A DNA stretch of 63,380 bases, filler included, from 4 parts of 4 records of this genome joined end to end with filler, not necessarily neighbours in it; one strand, 5' to 3'. Shown: positions 1-10,765, counted from the whole stretch's first letter. Numbers and translations are program-made. The notes: generated by a model not told the origin, from the letters alone.

Positions 1-871
1 GAGCGTTTTAGTAAATAAAGATTCCAAAATAATTGTACAAGGTTTTACCGGAAGTGAAGGTACCTTTCACGCCGGTCAAATGATTGAATACGGGACCAAC
101 GTTGTTGGTGGTGTGACACCAGGTAAAGGTGGTCAAACCCATTTAGACAAACCTGTATTCAACACTGTTGAAGATGCAGTAAAAGAAACTGGAGCTAATG
201 TTTCAATCATCTTTGTACCGCCGGCATTTGCTGCTGATGCGATTATGGAGTCTGCTGATGCAGGAATAAAAGTGATTATTGCGATTACTGAAGGTATTCC
301 GGTAGCAGATATGATTAAAGCTGCTGATTATATCAAAGATAAAGACTGCCGTTTAATTGGTCCTAACTGTCCTGGTGTGATCACTCCCGGAGAAGCTAAA
401 GTAGGTATTATGCCCGGTTTTGTGTTTAAGAAAGGAAAAGTAGGTATCGTTTCTAAATCAGGAACACTTACTTATGAGGCAGCAGACCAAGTTGTAAAAC
501 AAGGTTTAGGGATTACTACTGCAATTGGAATTGGGGGAGATCCTATCATTGGTACCACTACTAAAGAAGCTGTAGAATTATTGATCAACGATCCGGAGAC
601 TGAAGCTGTTGTGATGATCGGTGAGATTGGAGGTCAGTTAGAAGCAGACGCTGCAAAATGGATCAAAGCAAGTGGAACCAAAAAGCCGGTTATAGGTTTT
701 ATCGCTGGTGAAACTGCTCCTGCCGGAAGAACAATGGGTCACGCTGGTGCTATTGTTTCTGGAGAAGGAGAATCTGCTGCAGATAAAAAGAAAATTTTAA
801 GAGAAAACGGAGTACACGTTGTGGATTCTCCTGCTGAAATAGGCAAAAAAGTTGCTGAACTTATTGGTTAA
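1..871 (+). CDS. sucD: Succinyl-CoA synthetase alpha subunit (5' end cut by the window edge)
   Basis: The frame is open from base 2 ([17 protein letters not shown]...), so the ATG ends at base 1. Motifs GPNCPG and the phospho-His MGHAGA are present. Confidence 0.97.
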   Translation, partial: SVLVNKDSKIIVQGFTGSEGTFHAGQMIEYGTNVVGGVTPGKGGQTHLDKPVFNTVEDAVKETGANVSIIFVPPAFAADAIMESADAGIKVIIAITEGIPVADMIKAADYIKDKDCRLIGPNCPGVITPGEAKVGIMPGFVFKKGKVGIVSKSGTLTYEAADQVVKQGLGITTAIGIGGDPIIGTTTKEAVELLINDPETEAVVMIGEIGGQLEADAAKWIKASGTKKPVIGFIAGETAPAGRTMGHAGAIVSGEGESAADKKKILRENGVHVVDSPAEIGKKVAELIG

Positions 872-891
872 TTTCAGCCTCTGAAAAAATC

Positions 892-921
892 AAAACCGAC
901 ACGTAATGTGTCGGTTTTTTT
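892..921 (+). terminator. Intrinsic terminator after sucD
   Basis: AAAACCGACAC-gtaat-GTGTCGGTTTT hairpin followed by a T tract. Confidence 0.85.
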
Positions 922-992
922 ATGCGTGTACCCCTCAAGTTTCCTATATTTACCGCTATTCAAACGAACTATTTTAGATATATCAATTTAGA

Positions 993-1739
993 ATGAAACT
1001 TTTAGAAGGAAAGAATACGATTATAACAGGAGCCAGCCGAGGGATCGGTAACGGTATCGCCAAGGTTTTTGCTCAAAATGGAGCCAACGTGGCCTTTACC
1101 TATAGCTCGTCTGCAGGTCCGGCAGAAGAATTAGAACAAGAACTTCTTGCAATGGGAGTGAAAGCCAAGGCTTACAAATCAAATGCGGCTTCTTTTGAAG
1201 ATTGCCAGGAATTGGTAAAACAAATCAGTGCAGATTTTGAATCTATTGATGTTTTGGTTAATAATGCAGGAATTACTAAAGATAATCTGCTAATGCGTAT
1301 GGGCGAAGAAGATTTTGATCAGGTTATCGAAGTAAACCTGAAGTCAATCTTCAATATGACCAAAGCTGTACAGCGCACCTTGCTTAAACAACGCTACGGA
1401 AGCATCATCAATATGAGCTCTGTGGTGGGGATTAAAGGAAACGCAGGTCAAGCCAATTATGCCGCATCAAAAGCCGGAATTATAGGTTTCTCTAAATCTA
1501 TGGCTTTAGAATTAGGTTCAAGAAATATCAGAACCAATGTGGTTGCTCCCGGATTTATCGAGACTGAAATGACCGCTAAACTCGACGAGAAAGTAGTAGC
1601 TGGTTGGCGAGATGCTATTCCGTTAAAAAGAGGAGGTACTCCAGAAGATATCGCTAATGCTTGTGTATTTTTAGGGAGTGATATGAGTGCTTATGTTACC
1701 GGTCAAGTCTTACAAGTAGATGGCGGAATGCTAACCTAG
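993..1739 (+). CDS. fabG: 3-oxoacyl-ACP reductase
   Basis: SDR motifs TGASRGIG, NNAGIT and YAASK; C-terminal GQVLQVDGGM. Confidence 0.95.
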   Translation: MKLLEGKNTIITGASRGIGNGIAKVFAQNGANVAFTYSSSAGPAEELEQELLAMGVKAKAYKSNAASFEDCQELVKQISADFESIDVLVNNAGITKDNLLMRMGEEDFDQVIEVNLKSIFNMTKAVQRTLLKQRYGSIINMSSVVGIKGNAGQANYAASKAGIIGFSKSMALELGSRNIRTNVVAPGFIETEMTAKLDEKVVAGWRDAIPLKRGGTPEDIANACVFLGSDMSAYVTGQVLQVDGGMLT

Positions 1740-1761
1740 GCAAATCTTAATACAATACTTT

Positions 1762-3798
1762 ATGGCAATATCCACAGTCTTATATATTATCCTCTTAGGG
1801 ATAATCGCTCTGGGTATTGCCATATTTTTTTACTTCCATAAACCGGAGCGTTCTAAACGCTTGCAATTACTTCTTAGCGCATTACGATTTATAAGTATTT
1901 TTGCGGTCTTGATTTTGTTGCTAAATCCTTCGGTTAAGCAAACGTCTTATAAAACCATCAAGCCCAAACTAGCGGTGGTGCTTGACAATTCTGAATCCAT
2001 GTCTTTTTTAGCGGATTCGGTAGCCATACGAAAGGTTTTTAATGGAATACTTCAAAATGAGGCTTTGAGTGAACGATTTGATCTGGACGCCTATACTTTT
2101 GGACCTGATTTGAATCAACAAGAACGAGTTGATTTTAGCGAAACCCAAACCGATATTGCAAAAAGTATACAAGCTCTAGATCGAATTTACAAGGACCAAA
2201 AATACAGCAGCCTTCTCATCACTGATGGGAATACCAATCTTGGTGCAAATTATAGATACGTTGCAACCGAAGCTAAAGAGATTGCACGTCATTTTATTGT
2301 GGTTGGTGATACTTCGGCGTATGAAGATTTGCGAATTGATCAGGTTAATGTCAATCGTTACGCATATATAGATAATCAATTTCCGGTTGAAATTACGGCA
2401 GCGTATTCCGGAAAAAAAGAAGTATCTGCCAAGCTTTCGGTAACGCATAGCGGAACTATTGTACATACAGAGACCCTAAATTTATCTTCTCAAAACAGTT
2501 CTTTCCGAAGTAATTTTTATTTGAACGCAGATCAGATAGGAACCCAGCGTTATACGGTAAGGCTTGATGCATCAATCGATGAGACTAACTTAGAAAACAA
2601 TACCAAGCAGTTTGCGATTGAAATCATTGATCAACGCTCTGAAGTGCTTATTATTTATGGTGTTTTGCATCCTGATCTAGGGACTCTAAAAAAGAGTATT
2701 GAAAGTAACCAGCTGCGTTCGGTAAGCCTTAGAGCTATTCATGATGTCAAGGTTGCTGAACTTAATGAAGCAGATCTAGTGCTGTTGTTTGAGCCTAATG
2801 CGCGTTTTGCTAATGTCTATGAGGAACTCAATAAACTGAATAAAAACCGGTTTACGATTATAGGGCTACAAAGCGGTCTCTCTTTTTTAAATCAAAGTCA
2901 GGAGGCATTTACATTGCCGCTAAGCAGGCAGTCAGAAGCGGTGCAGGCCATTAAGAACGAATCGTTTTCGGCATTTCAAATCTCAGAGATCAACTTCGCT
3001 AATTATCCTCCGCTGGAAGCCATTTTTGGCGAAATCACAGTTGCCGGCTCCAGTGATGTTCTTTTTTATCAGCGAATTACCGGTGTTACTACCGGAAATC
3101 CTTTGCTGGGGCTCACAGAGTTGTCGGGTAGAAGAGAGGTGTTTTTATTTGGAACAGGTATTTTTCAATGGCGGAGCCAGTCGTTTTTAGATACCGGAAG
3201 TTTTGAAACCTTTGATACGTTTATAGACCAATTGGTGCAATATGCAGCTTCAAATCAAAAGCGTCAGCGCTTAGAACTAGATTATGACCGTTTCAATTAT
3301 GGAGGAAACGCGATTGTGTTGAACGCGCAGTACTTTGATAAAAATTATGTTTTTGATCCGGGCGCGCAACTTCAGGTAAAAATCTTTTCAGAAAATGAAG
3401 TTCTTTATGAATCACCACTCGTTTACAACGGAACTAACTATTCAGCACAGCTTGCAGATTTAGAGCCCGGAACATATTCTTTTGAAATTACTGTTGCTGA
3501 CGAAAATTTAAAAGCGGAAGGTAGCTTTACAGTAATTCCTTATACAATTGAACATCAGATTAAAAATGCCGATTGGATAACGATGGCAACTGTAGCAGAA
3601 GAAACCAATGGAAGTATCGCCCCTATGGATCGCTATTCGGAGTTGATAAACAGCCTTTTGAAAAATCAGGAGTTTACTCCCGTACAGCGAGCTATAGAAA
3701 AAAATGTACCTTTAATAGCTTTCAGTTGGCTGCTTTTCCTCATCATTACAAGTTTAACTGCTGAATGGTTCATCAGAAAATACAACGGACTCATATAA
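1762..3798 (+). CDS. Membrane-anchored VWA-domain protein
   Basis: Two N-terminal TM helices, MIDAS-like DNSESM and LITDG, and a C-terminal TM ending EWFIRKYNGLI. Confidence 0.8.
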   Translation: MAISTVLYIILLGIIALGIAIFFYFHKPERSKRLQLLLSALRFISIFAVLILLLNPSVKQTSYKTIKPKLAVVLDNSESMSFLADSVAIRKVFNGILQNEALSERFDLDAYTFGPDLNQQERVDFSETQTDIAKSIQALDRIYKDQKYSSLLITDGNTNLGANYRYVATEAKEIARHFIVVGDTSAYEDLRIDQVNVNRYAYIDNQFPVEITAAYSGKKEVSAKLSVTHSGTIVHTETLNLSSQNSSFRSNFYLNADQIGTQRYTVRLDASIDETNLENNTKQFAIEIIDQRSEVLIIYGVLHPDLGTLKKSIESNQLRSVSLRAIHDVKVAELNEADLVLLFEPNARFANVYEELNKLNKNRFTIIGLQSGLSFLNQSQEAFTLPLSRQSEAVQAIKNESFSAFQISEINFANYPPLEAIFGEITVAGSSDVLFYQRITGVTTGNPLLGLTELSGRREVFLFGTGIFQWRSQSFLDTGSFETFDTFIDQLVQYAASNQKRQRLELDYDRFNYGGNAIVLNAQYFDKNYVFDPGAQLQVKIFSENEVLYESPLVYNGTNYSAQLADLEPGTYSFEITVADENLKAEGSFTVIPYTIEHQIKNADWITMATVAEETNGSIAPMDRYSELINSLLKNQEFTPVQRAIEKNVPLIAFSWLLFLIITSLTAEWFIRKYNGLI

Positions 3799-3813
3799 TA
3801 AAAACTACATAAA

Positions 3814-4629
3814 ATGGATAGATTACCTAAAATAGGAATTCCGGTAATAATTGGAGTAATAATCGTAATTGTACTCATTGCAAAATCTGCGGTAACGATT
3901 GATTCAGGAGAAGCGGGAGTACTTTATAAACCATTTGGAGGCGGTGTAGTAACTGACGAGCCCCCGTTAGGAGAAGGTTTTCAAATAGTTGCTCCTTGGA
4001 ATAAAGTTTATATTTACGAGGTAAGACGGCAGGAGCTGAAAGAGATTATGAACGTGCTTTCTTCTAATGGTTTGGATATTAAATTAGAGGCTTCAGTATG
4101 GTATAAACCGCAAGCTGAAAATTTGGGTAAATTGCATCAGGAGATAGGAGAAGATTATCTAAATCGAATCTTGTTACCCACTATTAGATCTGCTGCGCGT
4201 TCAGTAGTGGGGCGTTATACTCCAGAACAATTGTATTCTTCAAAACGTGATGCGATTCAAGCAGAGATTTATGATGAAACTAAAAAAATCGTAAAAGATC
4301 AATATATCGTTCTTGATGAAGTATTGGTACGTGATGTGACGCTACCTGCGACGATTAAGCAAGCAATTGAACGTAAACTGCGTCAAGAACAGGAATCTCT
4401 AGAATATGAATTCAGGCTTATTTCTGCTCAAAAAGAAGCAGAACGACAAGTAATTGAAGCGCAAGGTAAAGCTGATGCTAATAAAATTTTAAGTCAATCG
4501 CTTAATGATCAGATCTTGAAAGATAAAGGTATTGAAGCTACACTAAAACTATCAGAATCTAACAATTCTAAAGTGATTGTTATAGGTTCTGGAGACAGCG
4601 GGTTACCCATTATTTTAGGGAATAACTAG
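3814..4629 (+). CDS. Prohibitin/SPFH (band 7) family protein
   Basis: N-terminal TM, SPFH core (RSVVGRYTPEQLYS) and a coiled-coil tail (AEREVIEA-like). Confidence 0.9.
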   Translation: MDRLPKIGIPVIIGVIIVIVLIAKSAVTIDSGEAGVLYKPFGGGVVTDEPPLGEGFQIVAPWNKVYIYEVRRQELKEIMNVLSSNGLDIKLEASVWYKPQAENLGKLHQEIGEDYLNRILLPTIRSAARSVVGRYTPEQLYSSKRDAIQAEIYDETKKIVKDQYIVLDEVLVRDVTLPATIKQAIERKLRQEQESLEYEFRLISAQKEAERQVIEAQGKADANKILSQSLNDQILKDKGIEATLKLSESNNSKVIVIGSGDSGLPIILGNN

Positions 4630-4703
4630 CCTAATCAACTGTCTCTTGGCAAATTTCTGTAAGTTGGAGGGAGTTTCACCTCATTGGCGGCGCCAATAAA
4701 ATC

Positions 4704-4741
4704 ACAAAAAAACCGAATCGATTACGATTCGGTTTTTTTGT
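4704..4741. terminator. Bidirectional intrinsic terminator
   Basis: ACAAAAAAACCGAATCG-atta-CGATTCGGTTTTTTTGT, a perfect inverted repeat between convergent genes. Confidence 0.9.
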
Positions 4742-4768
4742 GTTGTAACAGTCTTTGTGCAAAGAATC

Positions 4769-5362
4769 TTAGGCTTTTTTCATTCTAACGTTTCGATCCC
4801 TACGCAGTTTAATTTGCTGCTTGGTTTCTTGAAGCAATTTGGCTTTGGCTACCCAATTATCATTTACGATGCGATCTGGAAAAAATTGAATACGCTCAGT
4901 AACGATCTCGATATCTCGCGTATTAAACTTACTGATCTGATCAAAGGTGTAAATACCAATCGTATTGAGTTTTTCTTCGGTATAGGGCCCAATCCCGATA
5001 ATTTTTTGAAGATCATCTGCATCTTCATAGGATGCATAACCAATGCGCTCAAAATCTAATTCAGTTCTGGTTTTGTCAAGTTCGTCTTGAGCGAGACGTT
5101 TCTTTTTCGCTTTAGCCGCAATTTGAATATCCTCATCGGGTAGTGTTTCCTCTAGATTGGGATCTTCAATATCAACACCTGCTTGTTCTGAAAGCTTTTG
5201 GCGCAGATTGGAAATTCGCTTTACATATTTGCTTTTCTGATAATAATATGCAAAGAAATAACCTATAGAAAAGGCACCCAACATCAATACAATAACCTCT
5301 ATATACACTAAGGGTATAGAGACGTAATCGTTATTGGTTTGTGTCAAAACTAGATGGAGCAT
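4769..5362 (-). CDS. Membrane protein with C-terminal helix-hairpin-helix (DUF4332-like) domain
   Basis: TM helix near the N-terminus; DDLQKIIGIGPYTEEKLNTIGIYTFDQI HhH motif. Confidence 0.75.
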   Translation of the reverse strand: MLHLVLTQTNNDYVSIPLVYIEVIVLMLGAFSIGYFFAYYYQKSKYVKRISNLRQKLSEQAGVDIEDPNLEETLPDEDIQIAAKAKKKRLAQDELDKTRTELDFERIGYASYEDADDLQKIIGIGPYTEEKLNTIGIYTFDQISKFNTRDIEIVTERIQFFPDRIVNDNWVAKAKLLQETKQQIKLRRDRNVRMKKA

Positions 5363-6090
5363 TATTTAAATATCAGTTCGTAGCGGTTATTTAATTCTAT
5401 TTTATCTTCTTGCTCTCGGGGATATAAAGGAAATTCCTCTCCTTTTGATAATGCAATAACTTGATTTTCAGGTAAATTAAGGCTTTTTATGAGAAATAAC
5501 CTAATTTTTTGAGCTTGTTCTAAGGCAATCATATAGTTATCTCGATCATCTCCAATATGATCTGTGTATCCTATAATTTCAATTTTAGCCTGAGGTTTGA
5601 TCTTTAATCTTCGTTCAACTTCGGCTAAAAAACGCGATGCATTTTCATCACGCACTAAACGAGCCATTTTAAAAACAGGTCTAAACGTAATATCAGCATT
5701 TGGTTTAGTGGCTTTGGTAGTTGCCGTTTTGCTCAATTTTGCGAGACGCAAACGTTCTTCATCTTCATCAATAGCACGCTGGTTACGTTCCATTCTTTTT
5801 TGAATGTCATCTATGAGTTTATCATAATTTCCGGTTTTAGCAAGGCTGCTATCTTGATAAATTCCTCTATTTGCTAGTTGTTCTGTAGGTTCTGTAGCTT
5901 GATAAAGAGAATCTAAAACATATTTTGGAGCTTGCTTTTTAATAGTACCAGGATTAGCAGGTTCTACAGTAGACGAAGCGTCAACAAAAAGACTCTTTCG
6001 ATTATTGAATGCTCCAGTAGCGTTCAAAAAGTACAGACCTACTACACACCAGCAGGAAAATACGGAGAATGCTATAAGAAAATTCTTCAT
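5362..6090 (-). CDS. OmpA-family (peptidoglycan-binding C-terminal domain) protein
   Basis: N-terminal anchor; IIGYTDHIG...N...S.GE..P...NNRYEL OmpA_C-like pattern, degenerate. Confidence 0.75.
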   Translation of the reverse strand: MKNFLIAFSVFSCWCVVGLYFLNATGAFNNRKSLFVDASSTVEPANPGTIKKQAPKYVLDSLYQATEPTEQLANRGIYQDSSLAKTGNYDKLIDDIQKRMERNQRAIDEDEERLRLAKLSKTATTKATKPNADITFRPVFKMARLVRDENASRFLAEVERRLKIKPQAKIEIIGYTDHIGDDRDNYMIALEQAQKIRLFLIKSLNLPENQVIALSKGEEFPLYPREQEDKIELNNRYELIFK

Positions 6091-6106
6091 CGGTTAGTAA
6101 TTTTCT

Positions 6107-6114
6107 CAAATGTA
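6107..6114 (-). promoter_or_regulatory. Bacteroidota sigma-A -7 promoter element for the OmpA/HhH operon
   Basis: TACATTTG on the minus strand matches TAnnTTTG, 16 nt upstream of the ATG. Confidence 0.65.
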
Positions 6115-6204
6115 AGTCTTTAAGATAAAAATCACATCAAGCTGTTAAATGTATTCGATATAATGCACGTAAAAAGGATTTTTTTTATAAATTCGCTCTG
6201 TATT

Positions 6205-6261
6205 ATGAGAAAAACAGCATTACATCATCATCATTTTTATTCACGCACTCAAGCGAGGTAA
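6205..6261 (+). CDS. hisL: his operon leader peptide MRKTALHHHHFYSRTQAR
   Basis: 18-codon ORF with four tandem CAT codons, upstream of hisG and of a terminator hairpin; too short for the ORF track. Confidence 0.9.
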   Translation: MRKTALHHHHFYSRTQAR

Positions 6262-6297
6262 AGATGTTGTATATGTAATTGACGTATAAAAAACAGT

Positions 6298-6332
6298 AAC
6301 CCGTTTGAGCTATTCAAACGGGTTTTCTGTTT
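6298..6332 (+). promoter_or_regulatory. his attenuator terminator hairpin
   Basis: AACCCGTTTGA-gctat-TCAAACGGGTT followed by TTCTGTTT. The 5' arm can alternatively pair with the leader's CTCAAGCG (antiterminator). Confidence 0.85.
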
Positions 6333-6366
6333 AGAATAGCTCAGACTACCAATCAAACCTAAAAAA

Positions 6367-7227
6367 ATGAATAAAAAGATTAGAATCGCAATTCAGAAGT
6401 CAGGCAGACTCAACGAAGATTCTTTACAAATTTTGAAAGACTGCGGAATCTCTATAGACAACGGTCGCGATCAATTGAAAGCGAATGCTGCTAATTTTCC
6501 GCTTGAAGTATTTTACCTCCGCAATGGTGACATTCCACAATACCTGAGAGACGGGGTTGTAGATATTGCGATCATTGGTGAAAATGTTTTGATCGAAAAA
6601 GGTGAGGATATAGCTATAGCTCAGAAACTAGGTTTTTCAAAATGCCGGGTGTCTTTAGCGATTCCAAAAGGGGTAAAATATGATTCAGTAGCAGATTTTG
6701 AAGGAAAAAAAATCGCTACTTCGTACCCGAATACAGTGCTTAATTATTTAAGTAAGTATAACGTAAAAGCAGATCTTCATATCATTAATGGTTCGGTAGA
6801 AATTGCTCCTAATATTGGTCTCGCAGACGGTATTTGTGACATCGTATCTAGTGGAAGTACGTTATTTAAAAATAACCTTAAAGAGGTTGAAGTGATGCTT
6901 ACCTCTGAAGCCGTTCTTGCGGTCTCACCTAAAATCGATGAGGAGCGTCAGACCATTCTAGACAAATTGTTATTTAGAATTAAAGCGGTGCTTAAAGGGC
7001 GTGACTACAAATATGTGTTGTTAAACGCGCCGAACGATCGCTTAGACGAAATCATCGCATTGCTACCGGGAATGAAAAGTCCTACCGTGTTGCCGCTTGC
7101 TGAAAAGGGATGGAGTAGTGTACATTCAGTAATTGACAAGAATAAGTTCTGGGAGGTCATTGATAATCTTAAAGATTCTGGCGCTCAAGGAATTTTAGTG
7201 AGTGATATAGAAAAGATGGTGCTCTAA
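6367..7227 (+). CDS. hisG: ATP phosphoribosyltransferase (long form)
   Basis: IAIQKSGRL, IATSYP and GSVEIAP...DIVSSGSTL. Confidence 0.98.
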   Translation: MNKKIRIAIQKSGRLNEDSLQILKDCGISIDNGRDQLKANAANFPLEVFYLRNGDIPQYLRDGVVDIAIIGENVLIEKGEDIAIAQKLGFSKCRVSLAIPKGVKYDSVADFEGKKIATSYPNTVLNYLSKYNVKADLHIINGSVEIAPNIGLADGICDIVSSGSTLFKNNLKEVEVMLTSEAVLAVSPKIDEERQTILDKLLFRIKAVLKGRDYKYVLLNAPNDRLDEIIALLPGMKSPTVLPLAEKGWSSVHSVIDKNKFWEVIDNLKDSGAQGILVSDIEKMVL

Positions 7228-7249
7228 TTTTTAGACTAAAGGAAGACCT

Positions 7250-8542
7250 ATGAATACGATTGTAAATCCTGAGCGTTCGCAATGGAATGAGATTCTTAAA
7301 CGCCCTACGCAAACTTACAAGCAGATTGAACAAACCGTTTTGGAGGTTTTTGAAGCTATTCAAAATGACGGTGACACAGCAATTGAGAAATACACTCAAA
7401 AATTTGACGGGATCAGCCTGAATTCTTTTGAAGTAACTCCTGCGGAAATTACTGCTGCTGTTGCAAACCTAGATGCCGATTTAAAAGAAGCGATCACCCT
7501 TGCGAAAGCTAATATTGAAGCATTTCACAAAGCACAACGCACCGAAAAAATTGAGTTAGAAACCGCACCTGGTGTAAAATGTTGGCAAGAAAAGCGGCCT
7601 ATTCAGAAAGTAGGTTTGTACATTCCCGGAGGAACTGCGCCTTTGTTTTCAACGATTTTAATGCTGGCTGTTCCGGCAAAAATAGCAGGCTGTCAAGAGG
7701 TGGTGCTTTGTACACCACCTGATAAAGAAGGGAATATCAATCCTGCAATTTTATTTACCGCTCAACTTTGCGGTATTGACAAAATCTTCAAAGTTGGCGG
7801 AATTCAAGCTATTGGAGCAATGACGTTCGGCACACCGAGTATTCCAAAAGTGTATAAGATTTTCGGTCCCGGAAATCAGTTTGTAACTGTCGCTAAGCAA
7901 ATGGCAACTCAATTCAACGTTAGCATTGATATGCCTGCAGGTCCGTCTGAATTATTAGTGGTTGCAGACGATACTGCCGAAGCTGCCTTTGTAGCTTCAG
8001 ATTTATTAAGTCAGGCTGAGCACGGTGTGGATAGTCAAGTTATTCTTGTTTCTACCTCTAAAGATTTAATCAAAGCTGTCTCACAAGAAGTTCAAGAGCA
8101 GCTGCAAGCGCTTCCCAGAAAAGCCATTGCAGAAAAAGCCATTGTAAACAGTAAGCTGATTTTTGTTGAGACTAAAGAACTCGCTTTGGAACTTATTGAT
8201 GAGTACGGTCCTGAACACTTTATTGTGGCTACTTCTAATAATGCATTTTTTGTAGAAAATATAGCCAACGCAGGTTCTGTTTTTATAGGAAATTATACTC
8301 CTGAAAGTGCCGGGGATTATGCCTCAGGAACTAACCATACTTTGCCAACTAACGGATATGCTAAACAATACAGCGGTGTAAATCTTGACAGTTTTATGAA
8401 GAGTATGACCTTTCAGGAAATTACGCCGGAAGGAATTCAGAATATTGGTAAAGCAATCGAACTTATGGCTGCTGCCGAAGGCTTACAGGCGCACAAAAAT
8501 GCCGTGACTTTACGTTTAACTCAACTCGCAAATTCAAATTAA
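7250..8542 (+). CDS. hisD: Histidinol dehydrogenase
   Basis: GLYIPGG, GPGNQFV, DMPAGPSE, LSQAEH and GDYASGTNHTLPT. Confidence 0.98.
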   Translation: MNTIVNPERSQWNEILKRPTQTYKQIEQTVLEVFEAIQNDGDTAIEKYTQKFDGISLNSFEVTPAEITAAVANLDADLKEAITLAKANIEAFHKAQRTEKIELETAPGVKCWQEKRPIQKVGLYIPGGTAPLFSTILMLAVPAKIAGCQEVVLCTPPDKEGNINPAILFTAQLCGIDKIFKVGGIQAIGAMTFGTPSIPKVYKIFGPGNQFVTVAKQMATQFNVSIDMPAGPSELLVVADDTAEAAFVASDLLSQAEHGVDSQVILVSTSKDLIKAVSQEVQEQLQALPRKAIAEKAIVNSKLIFVETKELALELIDEYGPEHFIVATSNNAFFVENIANAGSVFIGNYTPESAGDYASGTNHTLPTNGYAKQYSGVNLDSFMKSMTFQEITPEGIQNIGKAIELMAAAEGLQAHKNAVTLRLTQLANSN

Positions 8543-9594
8543 TGACCGCTACTACTTTTAATTTAGAGCGTTTGATTCGCGCCAATGTTGCGCAGTTAAA
8601 ACCTTATTCTTCGGCTCGTGATGAGTTTAAAGATTTTCACAAGGATATGGTATTTCTTGATGCAAATGAAAATCCGTTTGAAAACGGCGTCAATCGCTAT
8701 CCAGATCCACAACAGCTCACCTTAAAACAGCATTTATCGTCTTTAAAACGGGTGCCGGTTGATCAAATTCTTTTAGGTAATGGAAGCGATGAAGTACTCG
8801 ATTTATTATTCAGAGCCTTTTGTGAGCCTAAGCAAGATAACGTGATCACGTTACCGCCTACTTACGGAATGTATGGAGTGCTGGCAGCTACCAATGATAT
8901 TGCTAACCGTGAAGTATTGCTGTCTGAGGATTTTCAGCCACAAGTTGCTAAGATTCTGGATCAGGCGGACCATCAAACCAAAATGCTTTTTCTATGTTCG
9001 CCAAACAATCCTACGGCCAATAGTTTTAAGGCAGAGGCTATCGAAGTGCTGCTTCAGAACTTTAAAGGGTTGGTTGTTGTAGATGAAGCGTATATTGACT
9101 TCTCTCCAGAAGAAAGTTGGACGACAAAGCTTCAGCAGTATCCTAATCTAGTCGTGACACAAACACTGTCTAAAGCCTATGGCCTAGCGGGAATTCGCTT
9201 AGGAATATGTTATGCATCCGCAGCAATTATATCGATCTTAAACAAGATCAAACCGCCGTACAATGTAAATGAACTTACGCAAAAACGCGCGTTAGAACGT
9301 GTGCTTGATGATGAAAAGGTTCGAGGTGAAATCAGCACGATTTTAAAGGAAAGAGATGCTTTATCTAAAGTGTTACTTCAAGTGAATTTTGTTGAAAAAG
9401 TTTATCCATCTGAAGCTAATTTTATCCTAGCTAAAGTGGATGATGCCAACAAACGTTACGATCAATTGATCAAAAAAGGAATTGTGGTTCGTAATAGAAG
9501 TTCACAGGCTTTATGCGAAAATACACTACGCTTTACCGTAGGGACAACCACCGAAAATGAAAAACTAATTACCGCTCTCAAAGAACTGGTTTAA
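8542..9594 (+). CDS. hisC: Histidinol-phosphate aminotransferase
   Basis: LDANENP, GNGSDE, CSPNNPT, DEAY and the PLP lysine in TLSKAYGLAGIR. Confidence 0.97.
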   Translation: MTATTFNLERLIRANVAQLKPYSSARDEFKDFHKDMVFLDANENPFENGVNRYPDPQQLTLKQHLSSLKRVPVDQILLGNGSDEVLDLLFRAFCEPKQDNVITLPPTYGMYGVLAATNDIANREVLLSEDFQPQVAKILDQADHQTKMLFLCSPNNPTANSFKAEAIEVLLQNFKGLVVVDEAYIDFSPEESWTTKLQQYPNLVVTQTLSKAYGLAGIRLGICYASAAIISILNKIKPPYNVNELTQKRALERVLDDEKVRGEISTILKERDALSKVLLQVNFVEKVYPSEANFILAKVDDANKRYDQLIKKGIVVRNRSSQALCENTLRFTVGTTTENEKLITALKELV

Positions 9595-9603
9595 CTGTAA
9601 TAA

Positions 9604-10761
9604 ATGACTACCGAAACTACCTCCAAAAAACAAAAAGTATTATTCATTGATCGGGATGGAACGATAATTAAAGAGCCGCCCGGATATCAAGTGGATGCTT
9701 TTGAAAAGGTGACTTTTTACCCAAAAGCTTTTACCTATTTAGGTAAAATTGCTCAAGAGCTTGATTACAAATTAGTAATGATCACCAACCAAGATGGTTT
9801 AGGAACTGATATTTTTCCTGAAGACACGTTCTGGCCGGTGCATAATTTCATTTTAAAATCCTTTGAAAACGAAGGTGTTGTGTTTGATGACGTTTTTATA
9901 GATAAAACTTTTCCTGAGGATCAGGCAGACACCCGTAAACCAGGCACGGGAATGTTAACCGAGTTTTTCTCTGAAGATTACGATCTTGCCAACTCCTTTG
10001 TTCTGGGAGATCGTATAACAGATATTGAACTGGCTAAAAACCTTGGGGCACAGGGTATTTTTATCAGTGATCATACTGATTTAGGTGCAGATGAAATCAC
10101 CACCAAACGGGAAGATCTTAATGCCTTTATTGCCTTAGAAACTACAGACTGGCAAAAGATTTATGAATTTTTGAAGCTGAAAGAACGCACCGCTTCGATC
10201 TCCAGAAAAACTAATGAAACCGACATAGAAATCGAGCTCAATCTTGACGGAACCGGCAAAAGCGATATCAAAACCGGACTAGCATTTTTTGATCATATGT
10301 TAGATCAAATCGCTAGACACGGCTCTATGGACTTAAAAATTCACGTAGATGGCGATCTCGAGGTTGATGAGCATCACACAATTGAAGATACCGCGATCGC
10401 CTTAGGTGAAGTCTTTTCTAAAGCTTTGAGTAACAAACTAGGTATTGAGCGCTACGGTTTTTGCTTACCAATGGATGATTGTCTGGCGCAGGTTGCCATT
10501 GATTTTGGTGGGCGTAATTGGTTAGTTTGGGAAGCCGACTTTAAACGCGAGAAAATAGGGGAGATGCCTACTGAAATGTTTTATCATTTCTTCAAATCCT
10601 TTACAGATGGTGCTCGTGCAAATCTTAATATCAAAGCCGAAGGAACCAACGAGCATCACAAGATCGAAGCCATTTTTAAAGCTTTTGCAAAAGCGATTAA
10701 AGTTGCCGTGAAACGCGATCCTGACAAAATGGTATTGCCCAGTACAAAAGGAATGTTGTAA
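9604..10761 (+). CDS. hisB: Bifunctional histidinol-phosphatase / imidazoleglycerol-phosphate dehydratase
   Basis: HAD motif DRDGT plus IGPD motifs DEHHTIED and NEHHKIEA. Confidence 0.97.
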   Translation: MTTETTSKKQKVLFIDRDGTIIKEPPGYQVDAFEKVTFYPKAFTYLGKIAQELDYKLVMITNQDGLGTDIFPEDTFWPVHNFILKSFENEGVVFDDVFIDKTFPEDQADTRKPGTGMLTEFFSEDYDLANSFVLGDRITDIELAKNLGAQGIFISDHTDLGADEITTKREDLNAFIALETTDWQKIYEFLKLKERTASISRKTNETDIEIELNLDGTGKSDIKTGLAFFDHMLDQIARHGSMDLKIHVDGDLEVDEHHTIEDTAIALGEVFSKALSNKLGIERYGFCLPMDDCLAQVAIDFGGRNWLVWEADFKREKIGEMPTEMFYHFFKSFTDGARANLNIKAEGTNEHHKIEAIFKAFAKAIKVAVKRDPDKMVLPSTKGML

Positions 10762-10765
10762 GCTT

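Noticed and set aside
4757-5059. 100-aa plus-strand ORF
   Set aside because: It is antisense to the HhH protein gene and lies just beyond a terminator.
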